DNA of 51,816 bases from Clostridia bacterium (GCA_051866635.1 JBJDXJ010000022.1:1-51816), one strand, 5' to 3'. Positions 8,989 to 18,449 are shown, numbered from the stretch's first letter. Made by a program: numbers and translations. Notes: a model not told the origin generated them from the sequence alone.

Positions 8989-10443
8989 ATGTTTTATGTT
9001 GGTATAGATTTGGGAACATCTTCCGTTAAACTTATATTATGCGATAAAGACGGAAATGTTTTAAACTCCGTTACGAAGGATTATCCCATAAGCTTTCCCT
9101 GTGAAGGCTACAGCGAACAAAACCCCTATGATTGGTACGACAAAACAATAGAAGGGCTGTGTGAATTAACAAAAAATGTTTCAGATAAGGTAGCAGGCTT
9201 AAGCGTTGCAGGGCAGATGCACGGGCTTGTAATGCTTGACGAAAATGATAGTATAATACGCCCTGCCATATTGTGGAACGATTCAAGAAGCAGCAGTCAG
9301 TGCGATTATCTTAATAGCATCATAGGCAAGGATGTTTTAAATAAAGAAACCTGTAATATTGCATTTCCGGGTTTTACGGCACCGAAAATCCTTTGGGTAC
9401 AGGAACACGAAAAGGAAAACTTTGATAAGTGCCGTAAAATTATGCTCCCGAAGGATTATATTGTGTACAGATTAACAGGACAGTTTGTAACAGAAGGCAG
9501 TGATGCATCGGGACTTTTGCTTTTTGATGTGGAAAATAACCGCTACAGCAAAAAGATGCTTGATATTTGTAAAATAGATGAATGTATGCTTCCGAAAATA
9601 AAAAAATCCTATGAGAATATCGGTTTTATAAAGGATGAAATTGCAACGAAGCTTGGCTTCGGAAAGGTTACGGTTGCACCTGGTGGCGGTGACAACGCCT
9701 GTGCAGCGATAGGTATGGGTGTTTTAGGTAACAACATGTGCAGTGTGTCTTTAGGCACATCAGGCACTATGTTTATTACAACGGAAAAGTTTTCTTACCC
9801 TAAAAACAATGCACTTCATTTCTTCAGGCACGCTGACGGAAATTTCCACCTGATGGGTTGTATATTAAGTGCGGCAAGCTGTAATAAATGGTGGATTGAA
9901 GATATTTTGAAATCCGATGACTACAGCGAGTTTGAAAACGTACTGCCTGACGGTGAAAACAAAGTTTTTTTCCTGCCGTATTTAATGGGTGAACGTTCAC
10001 CTCATAATGACCCTTATGCCCGTGGTGCTTTTATAGGCATGAGTATGGACACAACACGTGAAGATATGGCAAAGGCTGTTATGGAAGGTGTTTGTTACGC
10101 CCTTCGTGACAGTGTGGAGGAAGCCAGAAGTGAAGGATATGTGATAAATTCAGTAAGACTGTGCGGAGGCGGAAGCCGTAACAGGGCATGGATACAGATG
10201 CTTGCAAATATTTTAAAAGTAGATGTAATTTTGCCTAATGATATCCAGGGTCCTGCCATGGGTGCGGCAATACTTTCAATGGTTGCCGCAGGCGAATATG
10301 ACAGCGTGAAAGCTGCCACGGAAAAAATAGTAAAAATGAAGGAATATATAAATTACGATACCTGTGCGGCAGAAAAGTACGACAAGGGATATGAGAAATT
10401 TAAAAATTTATACAAGTGCCTTAAAAATTGGTATCGAATGTAA
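8989..10443 (+). CDS. xylB: Xylulokinase (FGGY carbohydrate kinase)
   Basis: GIDLGTSSVK, GQMHGLV, AILWNDSRS, GFTAPKILW, GGGDNA, SLGTSG, LMGERSPHND. Confidence 0.8.
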   Translation: MFYVGIDLGTSSVKLILCDKDGNVLNSVTKDYPISFPCEGYSEQNPYDWYDKTIEGLCELTKNVSDKVAGLSVAGQMHGLVMLDENDSIIRPAILWNDSRSSSQCDYLNSIIGKDVLNKETCNIAFPGFTAPKILWVQEHEKENFDKCRKIMLPKDYIVYRLTGQFVTEGSDASGLLLFDVENNRYSKKMLDICKIDECMLPKIKKSYENIGFIKDEIATKLGFGKVTVAPGGGDNACAAIGMGVLGNNMCSVSLGTSGTMFITTEKFSYPKNNALHFFRHADGNFHLMGCILSAASCNKWWIEDILKSDDYSEFENVLPDGENKVFFLPYLMGERSPHNDPYARGAFIGMSMDTTREDMAKAVMEGVCYALRDSVEEARSEGYVINSVRLCGGGSRNRAWIQMLANILKVDVILPNDIQGPAMGAAILSMVAAGEYDSVKAATEKIVKMKEYINYDTCAAEKYDKGYEKFKNLYKCLKNWYRM

Positions 10444-10456
10444 ATAGGAGAAAAAG

Positions 10457-11323
10457 ATGGAAAAAGTTTATGTTTTATATAACCCCACGAGCGGAAATAA
10501 CACAGGTTTTAACAGGTGTAAGGGTATTGATTTAGAAGAAAATTTCAATATTTCATATGAGGACATTACAAAAATTAATGATTATAAAGCCTTTTTTTCT
10601 AAATTAGAAAAGGACGAAAAGGTTATAATTGCAGGGGGCGATGGCACATTAAGCCATTTTGCGGATAATGTGTCAGGGATTAATATTACAAACCCCGTAT
10701 ACTATTATGCTACAGGGTCAGGCAATGATTTCTTAAGGGATTTAGGCTTTGCAAAGGGTGAAAAACCTGTTGTTATAAATAAATATCTTGAAAATCCGCC
10801 ATATATAAAAACAAATGGTATATTACATAGGTTCTTTAACGGCGTAGGCGGAGGATTGGATGCATACGCTTGCAGAGAGTGTAACCGTCTTCATGAAATG
10901 GGCAAAAAGGGGAATTATGTTCTTGCGGCAATAAAGGGTATTCTGTACGATTATAAACCGATTAATGCACAGATAACTATTGACGGCAAGAGGCATGACT
11001 TTAAAAATGTGTGGTTCGTATCGGTTATGAAGGGAAAGTATTTCGGTGGCGGAATAATGCTTGCACCTGACCAAAATCGTGACTTGGAAAAACTGACGGT
11101 TGTTGTGGTTCATAATATAGGGCGGTTAAGGATACTGCCTATAATTCCGGGGGCTTTTAAAGGTAAGCATATTAAGTATACAAAGTACGTGAAGTTTATA
11201 GAAGGGCATGAAATCAGTGTTGAATTTGACCGCACCGTGACAATACAGTTTGATGGGGAAACGGTTGAAGATATTTCAAAATATACTGTAGGAAGTAACG
11301 CATCAATTCTGATTGAAAAGTAA
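10457..11323 (+). CDS. Diacylglycerol/lipid kinase family protein (YegS/BmrU-like)
   Basis: YNPTSG, AGGDGTL, GSGNDF, KYFGGG, QFDGE. Confidence 0.85.
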   Translation: MEKVYVLYNPTSGNNTGFNRCKGIDLEENFNISYEDITKINDYKAFFSKLEKDEKVIIAGGDGTLSHFADNVSGINITNPVYYYATGSGNDFLRDLGFAKGEKPVVINKYLENPPYIKTNGILHRFFNGVGGGLDAYACRECNRLHEMGKKGNYVLAAIKGILYDYKPINAQITIDGKRHDFKNVWFVSVMKGKYFGGGIMLAPDQNRDLEKLTVVVVHNIGRLRILPIIPGAFKGKHIKYTKYVKFIEGHEISVEFDRTVTIQFDGETVEDISKYTVGSNASILIEK

Positions 11324-11326
11324 AAT

Positions 11327-11360
11327 GAGGTATGAAATCCGTAATTGGGTTTCATACCTC
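11327..11360. terminator. Intrinsic terminator between the convergent lipid kinase and the fum/hdr operon
   Basis: GAGGTATGAAATCC-GTAATT-GGGTTTCATACCTC hairpin. Confidence 0.7.
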
Positions 11361-11379
11361 GTTCGGTTTTAGCCGGAAA

Positions 11380-11940
11380 TTATTTATTGCGTGATGCTAA
11401 ATAAGCCTTTTTACCATCTTCGTAAAGGTTATTGCCTTCGGAGTCAATAATAACAACAAGGGGCATATCCTCAACGTAGAGCTTTCTAAGTGCTTCTGCA
11501 CCTAAATCTTCGTATGCGATAAGTTCACATTTCTTGATGCACTTTGCCAAAAGGGCACCAGCACCGCCGATTGCACCAAAGTAAACACCGCTGTATTTCT
11601 TCATAGCATCAACAACTTCGGGGAGTCTTGCACCTTTACCAATCATACCTCTTGCACCAACGCTCATCATAGTAGGTGCATAAGCGTCCATTCTGCCGCT
11701 TGTTGTAGGACCGGCAGAACCGATAACCTGACCGGGCTTAGCAGGAGTGGGACCTACGTAGTAGATTGTGGCATCGGTGGGATCAAATGGAAGGGGCTGA
11801 CCTGCAGCTAAGGCTTCGCACATTCTCTTGTGACCTGCGTCACGGGATGTGTATATTGTACCTGTAAGAAGTACGCTGTCGCCGGCTTTAAGAGTTTTTG
11901 CAAGCTCTTTTGTTAAGGGGAGTGTAATTCTCTTTTCCAT
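11380..11940 (-). CDS. Class I (Fe-S) fumarate hydratase, beta subunit
   Basis: LKAGDSVLLTGTIYTSRDAGHKR, GSAGPTTSGRMD, MIGKG, DLGAEA. Confidence 0.9.
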   Translation of the reverse strand: MEKRITLPLTKELAKTLKAGDSVLLTGTIYTSRDAGHKRMCEALAAGQPLPFDPTDATIYYVGPTPAKPGQVIGSAGPTTSGRMDAYAPTMMSVGARGMIGKGARLPEVVDAMKKYSGVYFGAIGGAGALLAKCIKKCELIAYEDLGAEALRKLYVEDMPLVVIIDSEGNNLYEDGKKAYLASRNK

Positions 11941-12782
11941 TATATCACCTCCGACTTATGTCTTGTAACGTGACAGTTTATGTTGATAGCACAGGGCATA
12001 CCTGCAATATGAGTGGGCATAGTTTCAATGTTCAAGCCAATTGCAGTGGATCTGCCGCCAAAGCCCTGAGGACCGATGCCAAGGGCATTAACCTTTTCAA
12101 GCATTTCTTTTTCCAAATCAGCATAGAAGGGATCGGGATTGGGCTGGTCAATAGGACGCATAAGTGCCTTCTTAGCCAAAAGTGCCGCCTTGTCAAATGT
12201 ACCACCGATACCTACACCGATTGTCATGGGAGGACAGGGGTTGGGGCCTGCAATTTCAACAGTTTCCAAAATGAAATCCTTAATGCCCTGAAGTCCTGCA
12301 GAGGGCTTAAACATACGGATAGCACTCATGTTTTCGCTACCAAAGCCCTTAGGACCTACAGTAACCTTAACACTTTCACCGTCAACGATTTCTGTATAAA
12401 TCATTGCGGGAGTGTTGTCACCTGTGTTACCGCGACGAACCGGGTCCGCTACAACACTCTTACGAAGGTAACCGTTTGCATAGCCACGGCGAACGCCCTC
12501 GTTTATAGCATCTGTGAGATTGCCGCCTGTAAAGTGAACATCCTGACCAATCTCAAGGAATACACAAGCCATGCCTGTGTCCTGACAGATGGGAACACAT
12601 TCATTTTCTGCAATCTCAAAGTTTGTGATAATATTGTCCAATACACCTTTTGCAATGTCCCAGTCTTCGCAAGCACGGCAGGACTTAATAGCATTCTGTA
12701 CGTCCTTGGGGAGGAACTGGTTTGCTTCGATACAAAGTTTTTCAACTACGTCTGTAATTGTCTGTACTTGAATTTCGCGCAT
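11940..12782 (-). CDS. Class I (Fe-S) fumarate hydratase, alpha subunit
   Basis: PICQDTG, LRKSVV, KGFGSEN, NPCPP, IGPQGFGG, NCHVTRH; three Fe-S Cys present. Context favours fumarate over tartrate. Confidence 0.9.
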   Translation of the reverse strand: MREIQVQTITDVVEKLCIEANQFLPKDVQNAIKSCRACEDWDIAKGVLDNIITNFEIAENECVPICQDTGMACVFLEIGQDVHFTGGNLTDAINEGVRRGYANGYLRKSVVADPVRRGNTGDNTPAMIYTEIVDGESVKVTVGPKGFGSENMSAIRMFKPSAGLQGIKDFILETVEIAGPNPCPPMTIGVGIGGTFDKAALLAKKALMRPIDQPNPDPFYADLEKEMLEKVNALGIGPQGFGGRSTAIGLNIETMPTHIAGMPCAININCHVTRHKSEVI

Positions 12783-12803
12783 ATTTTCACCTCAGTTTTA
12801 TTT

Positions 12804-12829
12804 AGGGCACATAGATAGCTATGTGCCCC
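12804..12829 (-). other. Intra-operon stem-loop between frdA-like and fumarate hydratase genes
   Basis: GGGCACATAG-ATAG-CTATGTGCCC perfect inverted repeat, no U-tract on the minus strand. Confidence 0.55.
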
Positions 12830-12836
12830 TATTTAA

Positions 12837-14435
12837 TTAGCGTTCGTGGCGAGCGTACTTGGGAAGAAGGAGGGGAGAAACCTGTTCGGATTCTATACCG
12901 GCATTCTTCAATTCTTCTGCATATGCCTTAATATGGTCAAGGTTCATTGTGCCAAGCTCAACTTCCTTAGCCTTAGCCGCTGCTGCCTTACCTGCATTTC
13001 TGCCGAATACGATAATGTCAAGGAGAGAGTTGCCCATAAGACGGTTTCTGCCGTGGATACCACCAACTGCTTCGCCTGCAACAAGAAGGTTACCGATTGC
13101 CTTTGTGAAGCCGTCACCGCCAATTTCCAAACCACCATTCTGGTAGTGAAGTGTGGGGTAAACAAGGATGGGTTCTTTTCTCATATCGATACCGTAGTTA
13201 AGGTACATTCTGAGCATTGCGGGAATTCTCTTTTCAATTGTACCTTCACCGTGGAGAATTTCAATCATGGGAGTATCAAGCCATACACCGCTGCCGAGAG
13301 GTGTCTCAACACCCCTGCCGTTAGCACATTCACGGATAATAGCAGATGCGGACACGTCACGTGTTTCAAGAGGATGAGCATATGCTTCACCGTCTTTGTT
13401 AACCAGCATTGCTCCGATAGAACGAACCTTTTCAGTAACAAGTGCACCGAAAATCTGTGCGGGGTATGCAACACCTGTGGGGTGATACTGGATTGTATCC
13501 TGATAAAGAAGAGGTGCACCTGCACGGTATCCTAAGATAAGACCATCGGCTGTAGCGCCGTAATGGTTAGAAGTGGGGAAGCCCTGGTAGTGAAGTCTGC
13601 CTGCACCGCCTGTTGCGATGATAACAGTCTTTGCTTTCGCTACCATGTAATCGCCTGTTTCCATGTTAAGAAGAACAGCACCTGCTACCTGACCCTTATC
13701 GTCCTTGATAAGTTCAACAGCTGATGTAAATTCAACAACGGGAATACCACGGTTGATAACTTCGTCACGGAGTGTACGCATGATTTCAGCACCGGAATAG
13801 TCCTTACAAGCGTGCATTCTCTTTCTGGAAGTACCGCCACCGTGTGTTGTAACCATTCTACCGTCTTCGTCCTTATCAAACATTACACCCAAATCATTTA
13901 ACCAGCGGATAGCATCAGGTGCTTCCATTACAAGACGACGGAGAAGTTCGGGACGAGCCGCAAAGTGACCGCCACCGAAAGCATCGATATAATGCTGAAC
14001 TGGGGAGTCGTTTTCCTTGTCAGCCGCCTGAATACCGCCTTCAGCCATCATTGTGTTTGCGTCACCAATTCTAAGCTTAGTAACAATCATAACATTGGCA
14101 CCTGCTTCGTGTGCTTCAATAGCCGCACTGCTGCCTGCACCGCCACCACCGATAACAAGCACGTCTGTTTCATAATCAACCTTTGTAAGGTCGATATCAA
14201 CGCCTAAAAGACGGCTGTTGGAGTGGAGAAGATTACCAAGTTCCGTGGGGATTTTTTCACCCTTGTTGGGACCAATTTTAATTTCAACAAAGCCCTCTGC
14301 TTTATAGTCGGGATGGTATGCTTTAAGAAGTTCATCCTTTTCTTCAGCAGTCATTCTTCTGGGTTCTGTCTTCATTCTTTCTGCTCTTGTTGCTTCAACT
14401 TTTTTGATAGATTCACGCATTGCTTCTGTAAACAT
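12837..14435 (-). CDS. Soluble fumarate reductase flavoprotein subunit (SdhA/FrdA/TfrA family)
   Basis: GGGGAG FAD motif; dicarboxylate-site motifs QYHPTG, LVTEKVR, LETRD, LHYQNGG, HGRNRLMGNSL. Confidence 0.85.
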   Translation of the reverse strand: MFTEAMRESIKKVEATRAERMKTEPRRMTAEEKDELLKAYHPDYKAEGFVEIKIGPNKGEKIPTELGNLLHSNSRLLGVDIDLTKVDYETDVLVIGGGGAGSSAAIEAHEAGANVMIVTKLRIGDANTMMAEGGIQAADKENDSPVQHYIDAFGGGHFAARPELLRRLVMEAPDAIRWLNDLGVMFDKDEDGRMVTTHGGGTSRKRMHACKDYSGAEIMRTLRDEVINRGIPVVEFTSAVELIKDDKGQVAGAVLLNMETGDYMVAKAKTVIIATGGAGRLHYQGFPTSNHYGATADGLILGYRAGAPLLYQDTIQYHPTGVAYPAQIFGALVTEKVRSIGAMLVNKDGEAYAHPLETRDVSASAIIRECANGRGVETPLGSGVWLDTPMIEILHGEGTIEKRIPAMLRMYLNYGIDMRKEPILVYPTLHYQNGGLEIGGDGFTKAIGNLLVAGEAVGGIHGRNRLMGNSLLDIIVFGRNAGKAAAAKAKEVELGTMNLDHIKAYAEELKNAGIESEQVSPLLLPKYARHER

Positions 14436-14447
14436 ATTTATCCCTCC

Positions 14448-15122
14448 TTATTTCTCAATTTCTCTTGTGTTGTAGAGCTCTTTCATTTCAGTGATGGGCT
14501 TGCCCATAACCTGTTCGATAAGCTCGTCGTATGCACCGTGGTTGATTTCTTCAACACGAGTTTTAAGATGCTCAGTTTCGGGAGCAATGTACTTGCCTGT
14601 AAGTCTTCTTGCGAGTAAACCAACCATGGGGTGGGAAATGCCTGCAGGACAACGAACTGTACAGCAACCGCAACCTACGCAGTCAAAAGATTCTTCAGCA
14701 CACTTTTCAAATTCACCACGCTGAGCATATGCGATGTACTGCATTACGTTAAGTGACTGTGTACAAGCCTTGGTACAAGCGTTACAGCCGATACAGCTGT
14801 AAATTTCAGGATATAATTCCATCATAATCTGCTGTGTAGGCTTAATTTGCTGAATATCGTAAGTTCTCTTATCTGTGGGGAAGAAGGGGATAGATGCAAT
14901 ATACATACCCTCCTGAACCTGTGTCTGACAAGCAAGACAGGTCTTTAATTCGTTCTGACCTTTGATTCTGTAAATAGTAGCACAAGCACCGCAGAAACCG
15001 TGACGGCAACCGCAACCGCGGCTAAGAGTGTAGCCGGCGTATTCCATAGCTGTCATGATTGTAAGATCGGCAGGCACCTGGTACTTCTTACCGAAGAAAT
15101 ATACATTAACCATGTTTTCCAT
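14448..15122 (-). CDS. Fumarate reductase iron-sulfur subunit ([2Fe-2S] + 2x[4Fe-4S])
   Basis: CRHGFCGAC...C, CIGCNACTKAC, CVGCGCCTVRCP; adjacent to the flavoprotein gene. Confidence 0.8.
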   Translation of the reverse strand: MENMVNVYFFGKKYQVPADLTIMTAMEYAGYTLSRGCGCRHGFCGACATIYRIKGQNELKTCLACQTQVQEGMYIASIPFFPTDKRTYDIQQIKPTQQIMMELYPEIYSCIGCNACTKACTQSLNVMQYIAYAQRGEFEKCAEESFDCVGCGCCTVRCPAGISHPMVGLLARRLTGKYIAPETEHLKTRVEEINHGAYDELIEQVMGKPITEMKELYNTREIEK

Positions 15123-15151
15123 TTCTATGTCTTCCTTTCTGTTAATCTGTA

Positions 15152-16009
15152 TTAGTATTCTGCCGGGATTTCGTCAAGCTCGTCACAGTGGAATACAGGA
15201 CCGTCCTTACATACGTACTTACTGCCTATATTGCATCTGCCGCACTTGCCAACGCCGCACTTCATACGAAGCTCTAAAGTTGTGATAATCTGCTTTTTGT
15301 CAAAGCCCATTTCCTGCAAGCCCTGAAGAACGAATTTAATCATAATCGGAGGACCGCAGATAAGAGCAACCTTGTTTGTGTCAAAGCCGATTTCCTTAAG
15401 ATAAGAAGGAACAAAGCCTACGTGACCGTCCCAACCTTCCTGTTCACGGTCGATTGTAAGGTAAACATTAACGTTGGGAGCCTTCATCCAGACTTCCTGA
15501 ATTTCCTTAAGCTGAACAAGATCATCAGCTGAACGTGAACCGTAGAGAATATCAACAGTGCCGTAATTTTCACGGTTATCAAGAACGTAGTTAATAACAC
15601 TGCGGAGAGGAGCAAGACCGATACCACCTGCAATAAAGAGGAGGTTTTTGCCCTTCAATTCTGTTTCTACGGGGAAGTTATTACCGTAAGGTCCTCTGAC
15701 TGTGATTTCTTCGCCAACTTCCATAGAGTGGAGATAGTCAGTAAGAACACCGCACTTTTTAATTGAAAATTCCTGAAATTCTTTATTTGTTGGGGAAGAA
15801 GTGATGGAGAACATCGCTTCACCTACACCGGGAACAGATACCATTGCACATTGACCGGGCATATGCTCAAATAACTTGGAGCCGTCGGGAGCTACCACAC
15901 GGAAAGTTTTAACATCGGGAGTTTCCTGACGAATATCTGTAACTACGCCAACATGAGGAATAAGAGTGTCTTCATAAAACTTGTCGTGATTGCAATTACA
16001 TTCGCTCAT
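15152..16009 (-). CDS. flxA: FlxA-like FAD/NAD(P)-binding oxidoreductase (AsrB/HydG family)
   Basis: PGQC, FSITSSP, RGPYGN, AGGIGLAPLRS, CGPPIM, MKCGVGKCGRC...VCKDGPVF. Confidence 0.8.
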   Translation of the reverse strand: MSECNCNHDKFYEDTLIPHVGVVTDIRQETPDVKTFRVVAPDGSKLFEHMPGQCAMVSVPGVGEAMFSITSSPTNKEFQEFSIKKCGVLTDYLHSMEVGEEITVRGPYGNNFPVETELKGKNLLFIAGGIGLAPLRSVINYVLDNRENYGTVDILYGSRSADDLVQLKEIQEVWMKAPNVNVYLTIDREQEGWDGHVGFVPSYLKEIGFDTNKVALICGPPIMIKFVLQGLQEMGFDKKQIITTLELRMKCGVGKCGRCNIGSKYVCKDGPVFHCDELDEIPAEY

Positions 16010-17040
16010 TAGCTTTTACCTCCCTTTTCAAAAGCTTTAATAACCTTTACAATGTTAAGCCCTGAGGGGCACTTGTCAACACATCTGCCACAACCTACGC
16101 AGGAGAACATGCCGTCATTGTTTTGAGGATAATACACCAGCTTGTGCATAAATCTCTGACGGTAACGCTGCATCTGACTTGTACGGTTATTGCCGTGTGC
16201 CATCATTGTAAAGTCGGAATACATACAAGAGTCCCAACAACGATACCTTTGTACGCCGTCACCTGTGTTATAGTCTTTAATATCATAGCACTGACATGTG
16301 GGGCATACGAATGTACATGTTCCGCATGCAAGACAGGGCTTATAAAGTTCTTCCCAAATGGGAGAATTGAACTTGTCAAGTAATACCGCATCGCTTCCCC
16401 AACCATCAAGAGAAAGGTTAGAATAGGGGAGACGTTCAACTATAGATTTAATGGAAGCCTTTTCTTCTTCAACCTTTTTATCATCTGCATCGGTAAGAAG
16501 GCTCTTAACCAAATCTGTCAAAGCGTTACCCTTATCGGTAACAGGTGACCAGTAAAGTTCACCGTCAATCATATATGCCTGTACGTCAGCGGCAGGTGCT
16601 GATGCATCAACGCCGAATACATTACAGAAGCATGATTCTTCAGGCTCGTGACAGGCTAAAGCTACAATTGTGCCATGTTCACGGCGAGCTTTGTAGTAAG
16701 AGTCAACAGGGTCAACAAGGAAAACCTTGTCAAGGACTTCAAGACCCTTTACGTCACAAGATTTCATGCCGAACACAACAAAATCCTTACTCTGACGTTC
16801 TTCGGGAGTGATGTTAAGCTTTTTGCCTTCACGCTTACATGTGTATAAAGTTTCACTTTGTGGGAAGAATGCATCTTTAGGAGACTTAACAGTTTTTAAA
16901 GTGTCAAGGTCAACTGTAACACTTTCATCCCATGCGGCAAAGTTAACACTGCCGTTTATATTGCAAGGTACATATAATTCCTGTGTGTCCGCAATAAGAG
17001 AGAATAATGCGGACAGATTTTCTTTATTTATCTTGTACAT
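16009..17040 (-). CDS. flxB: FlxB-like 4Fe-4S protein (AsrA/HydB family)
   Basis: SPKDAFFPQSE, CLACGTCTFVCPTCQC, RCWDSC, RQRFMHK, CVGCGRCVDKCP. Confidence 0.78.
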   Translation of the reverse strand: MYKINKENLSALFSLIADTQELYVPCNINGSVNFAAWDESVTVDLDTLKTVKSPKDAFFPQSETLYTCKREGKKLNITPEERQSKDFVVFGMKSCDVKGLEVLDKVFLVDPVDSYYKARREHGTIVALACHEPEESCFCNVFGVDASAPAADVQAYMIDGELYWSPVTDKGNALTDLVKSLLTDADDKKVEEEKASIKSIVERLPYSNLSLDGWGSDAVLLDKFNSPIWEELYKPCLACGTCTFVCPTCQCYDIKDYNTGDGVQRYRCWDSCMYSDFTMMAHGNNRTSQMQRYRQRFMHKLVYYPQNNDGMFSCVGCGRCVDKCPSGLNIVKVIKAFEKGGKS

Positions 17041-17043
17041 ACA

Positions 17044-18021
17044 TTATCCCCTTTCTGTAACTATGCCGGGTTCAACATCGTCAAATGTGAAGTTTGTAAG
17101 AGGTCCTCTTGAGTCTGTATCGGCACCTGCCTGATACTCACCGTAGAATGTATCAATATCCTTGATAAACTTACGGTTAAACAAATGAAGGGGAATACCC
17201 TGAGGACAAACTCTTGAACATTCACCGCAGTCAGTACATCTGCCTGCAACGTGGAACGCACGGATGACATGGAACATTTTTTCTTCAAATGAGTCAACAT
17301 TTGCCTTTGCTGCTTCATCAAACTTGTTGGAGTCAAATACGCACTTACGGCAGGAACAAGCGGGGCATACGTTTCTGCATGCGTTACAACGGATACATTT
17401 GCTGAGTTCATTCTGGAAGAGGGCAAACTTTTCTTCAGGACTCATTTTTTCAATCCTTTCAACTTCAGCAAAGCGATCTGCATCCTTTGTGTCACGGCTG
17501 TCAAGCATAACTTCGTCAGCTATCTGATGTTCCTTACCTTTACATACGTGGCAACGTTCTAACATTGCATCGTTGTAGGAACATGTCTTGTCACCGTAAA
17601 GGGTTTTTATTGTAAGTGTTTCGCAATCGGCATCCATAGAGGCACCTGAAACTTCAAGTATACCCTTGATGCCCATTGACTTGATTTTTTCAATGTTAAG
17701 CTTACCCTTACAGCCAACGCCGATAATGTAAGCCTTTTCACGGTCAACACGGTGTTCCTTTATAAGCTGGTTAAAACTGTATGTGTCGCAAGGCTTAAGG
17801 AAAACAAGTGTTTTTCCTTCTTTCTTGCTAGCTTCAATCATGTACTTAGAAAGGTTAGCACCACAGAAACCGTCATAGATAAAATCCGAATCTAAGCTTT
17901 CTGCTGTTTCAAAGTAACAAGGTTCGGGGTTGAAGCCTAAATCGCCCTTCTTCCAACCGAGGACACGAGCTACTTTACCGCTTGCCAAAAGCTCTTTTGC
18001 ACGGTTGATTAATCTTTGCAT
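17044..18021 (-). CDS. flxC: FlxC-like 4Fe-4S protein
   Basis: KPCD, CIRCNACRNVCPACSCRKC, RAFHVAGRCTDCGECSRVCP. Confidence 0.75.
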   Translation of the reverse strand: MQRLINRAKELLASGKVARVLGWKKGDLGFNPEPCYFETAESLDSDFIYDGFCGANLSKYMIEASKKEGKTLVFLKPCDTYSFNQLIKEHRVDREKAYIIGVGCKGKLNIEKIKSMGIKGILEVSGASMDADCETLTIKTLYGDKTCSYNDAMLERCHVCKGKEHQIADEVMLDSRDTKDADRFAEVERIEKMSPEEKFALFQNELSKCIRCNACRNVCPACSCRKCVFDSNKFDEAAKANVDSFEEKMFHVIRAFHVAGRCTDCGECSRVCPQGIPLHLFNRKFIKDIDTFYGEYQAGADTDSRGPLTNFTFDDVEPGIVTERG

Positions 18022-18449
18022 CTCAAATCCCCCAATCTTACGTTTTCACCAAGTGAACGGATTTTTTCAACAAATTCGTTCATTGTTGCAGAGAACTTAA
18101 CACCTTCGGCGGCGGAAACCCATTCAACACGTGTTCTGCCATTTTCAACGCCAAGATAATCAAGCATAGAGAAGAGAAGAGTCATTCTTCTTCTTGCATA
18201 ATAATTACCTGTAGAATAGTGACAGTCACCGGGGTGGCATCCGCAAAGGATAACACCGTCAGCACCCTTTTCAAATGCACGAAGTATAAACATAGGGTTA
18301 ACTCGGCAAGAACAGGGAACACGGATAATCTTTACGTCGGCGGGATATGCTAAACGGCTGCTGCCTGCAAGGTCAGCACCGGCATAACTACACCAGTTAC
18401 AGCAAAATGCCACTATCTTAGGTTTGAATTCTGTATTGTTCATCGACAT
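18009..18449 (-). CDS. mvhD: MvhD/FlxD [2Fe-2S] adaptor subunit
   Basis: FCCNWCSYAGAD, RVPCSCRV, GADGV, GCHPGDCHY, WVSAAEG. Confidence 0.92.
   Translation of the reverse strand: MSMNNTEFKPKIVAFCCNWCSYAGADLAGSSRLAYPADVKIIRVPCSCRVNPMFILRAFEKGADGVILCGCHPGDCHYSTGNYYARRRMTLLFSMLDYLGVENGRTRVEWVSAAEGVKFSATMNEFVEKIRSLGENVRLGDLRCKD

Noticed and set aside
8855-9019. Extended N-termini in the ORF track (apgM from 9019; likewise purF, hdrB, ilvB, ndoAI, BMP, SCP2, Fe-ADH)
   Set aside because: The extensions cross promoters or neighbouring genes; downstream ATGs have RBSs and match family N-termini.
11380-12782. L-tartrate dehydratase (ttdAB)
   Set aside because: Same family, but the position beside fumarate reductase and MDH favours fumarate hydratase; sequence alone does not exclude it.
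11958-13535. Long plus-strand ORFs (286 aa at 11958-12818, 229 aa at 12846-13535) antisense to the fumarase and frdA genes
   Set aside because: They mirror the codon frame of strongly biased sense genes, show no recognisable motifs and have no convincing RBS; these are shadow ORFs. The same applies to 21746-22324 and similar short track entries.
12837-14435. L-aspartate oxidase nadB
   Set aside because: No nadA or nadC nearby, and it is paired with an FrdB-like Fe-S subunit.
15152-17040. Calling these genes anaerobic sulfite reductase asrAB or sulfhydrogenase
   Set aside because: There is no asrC (siroheme) or NiFe hydrogenase subunit; the position after hdrA-mvhD fits flx.
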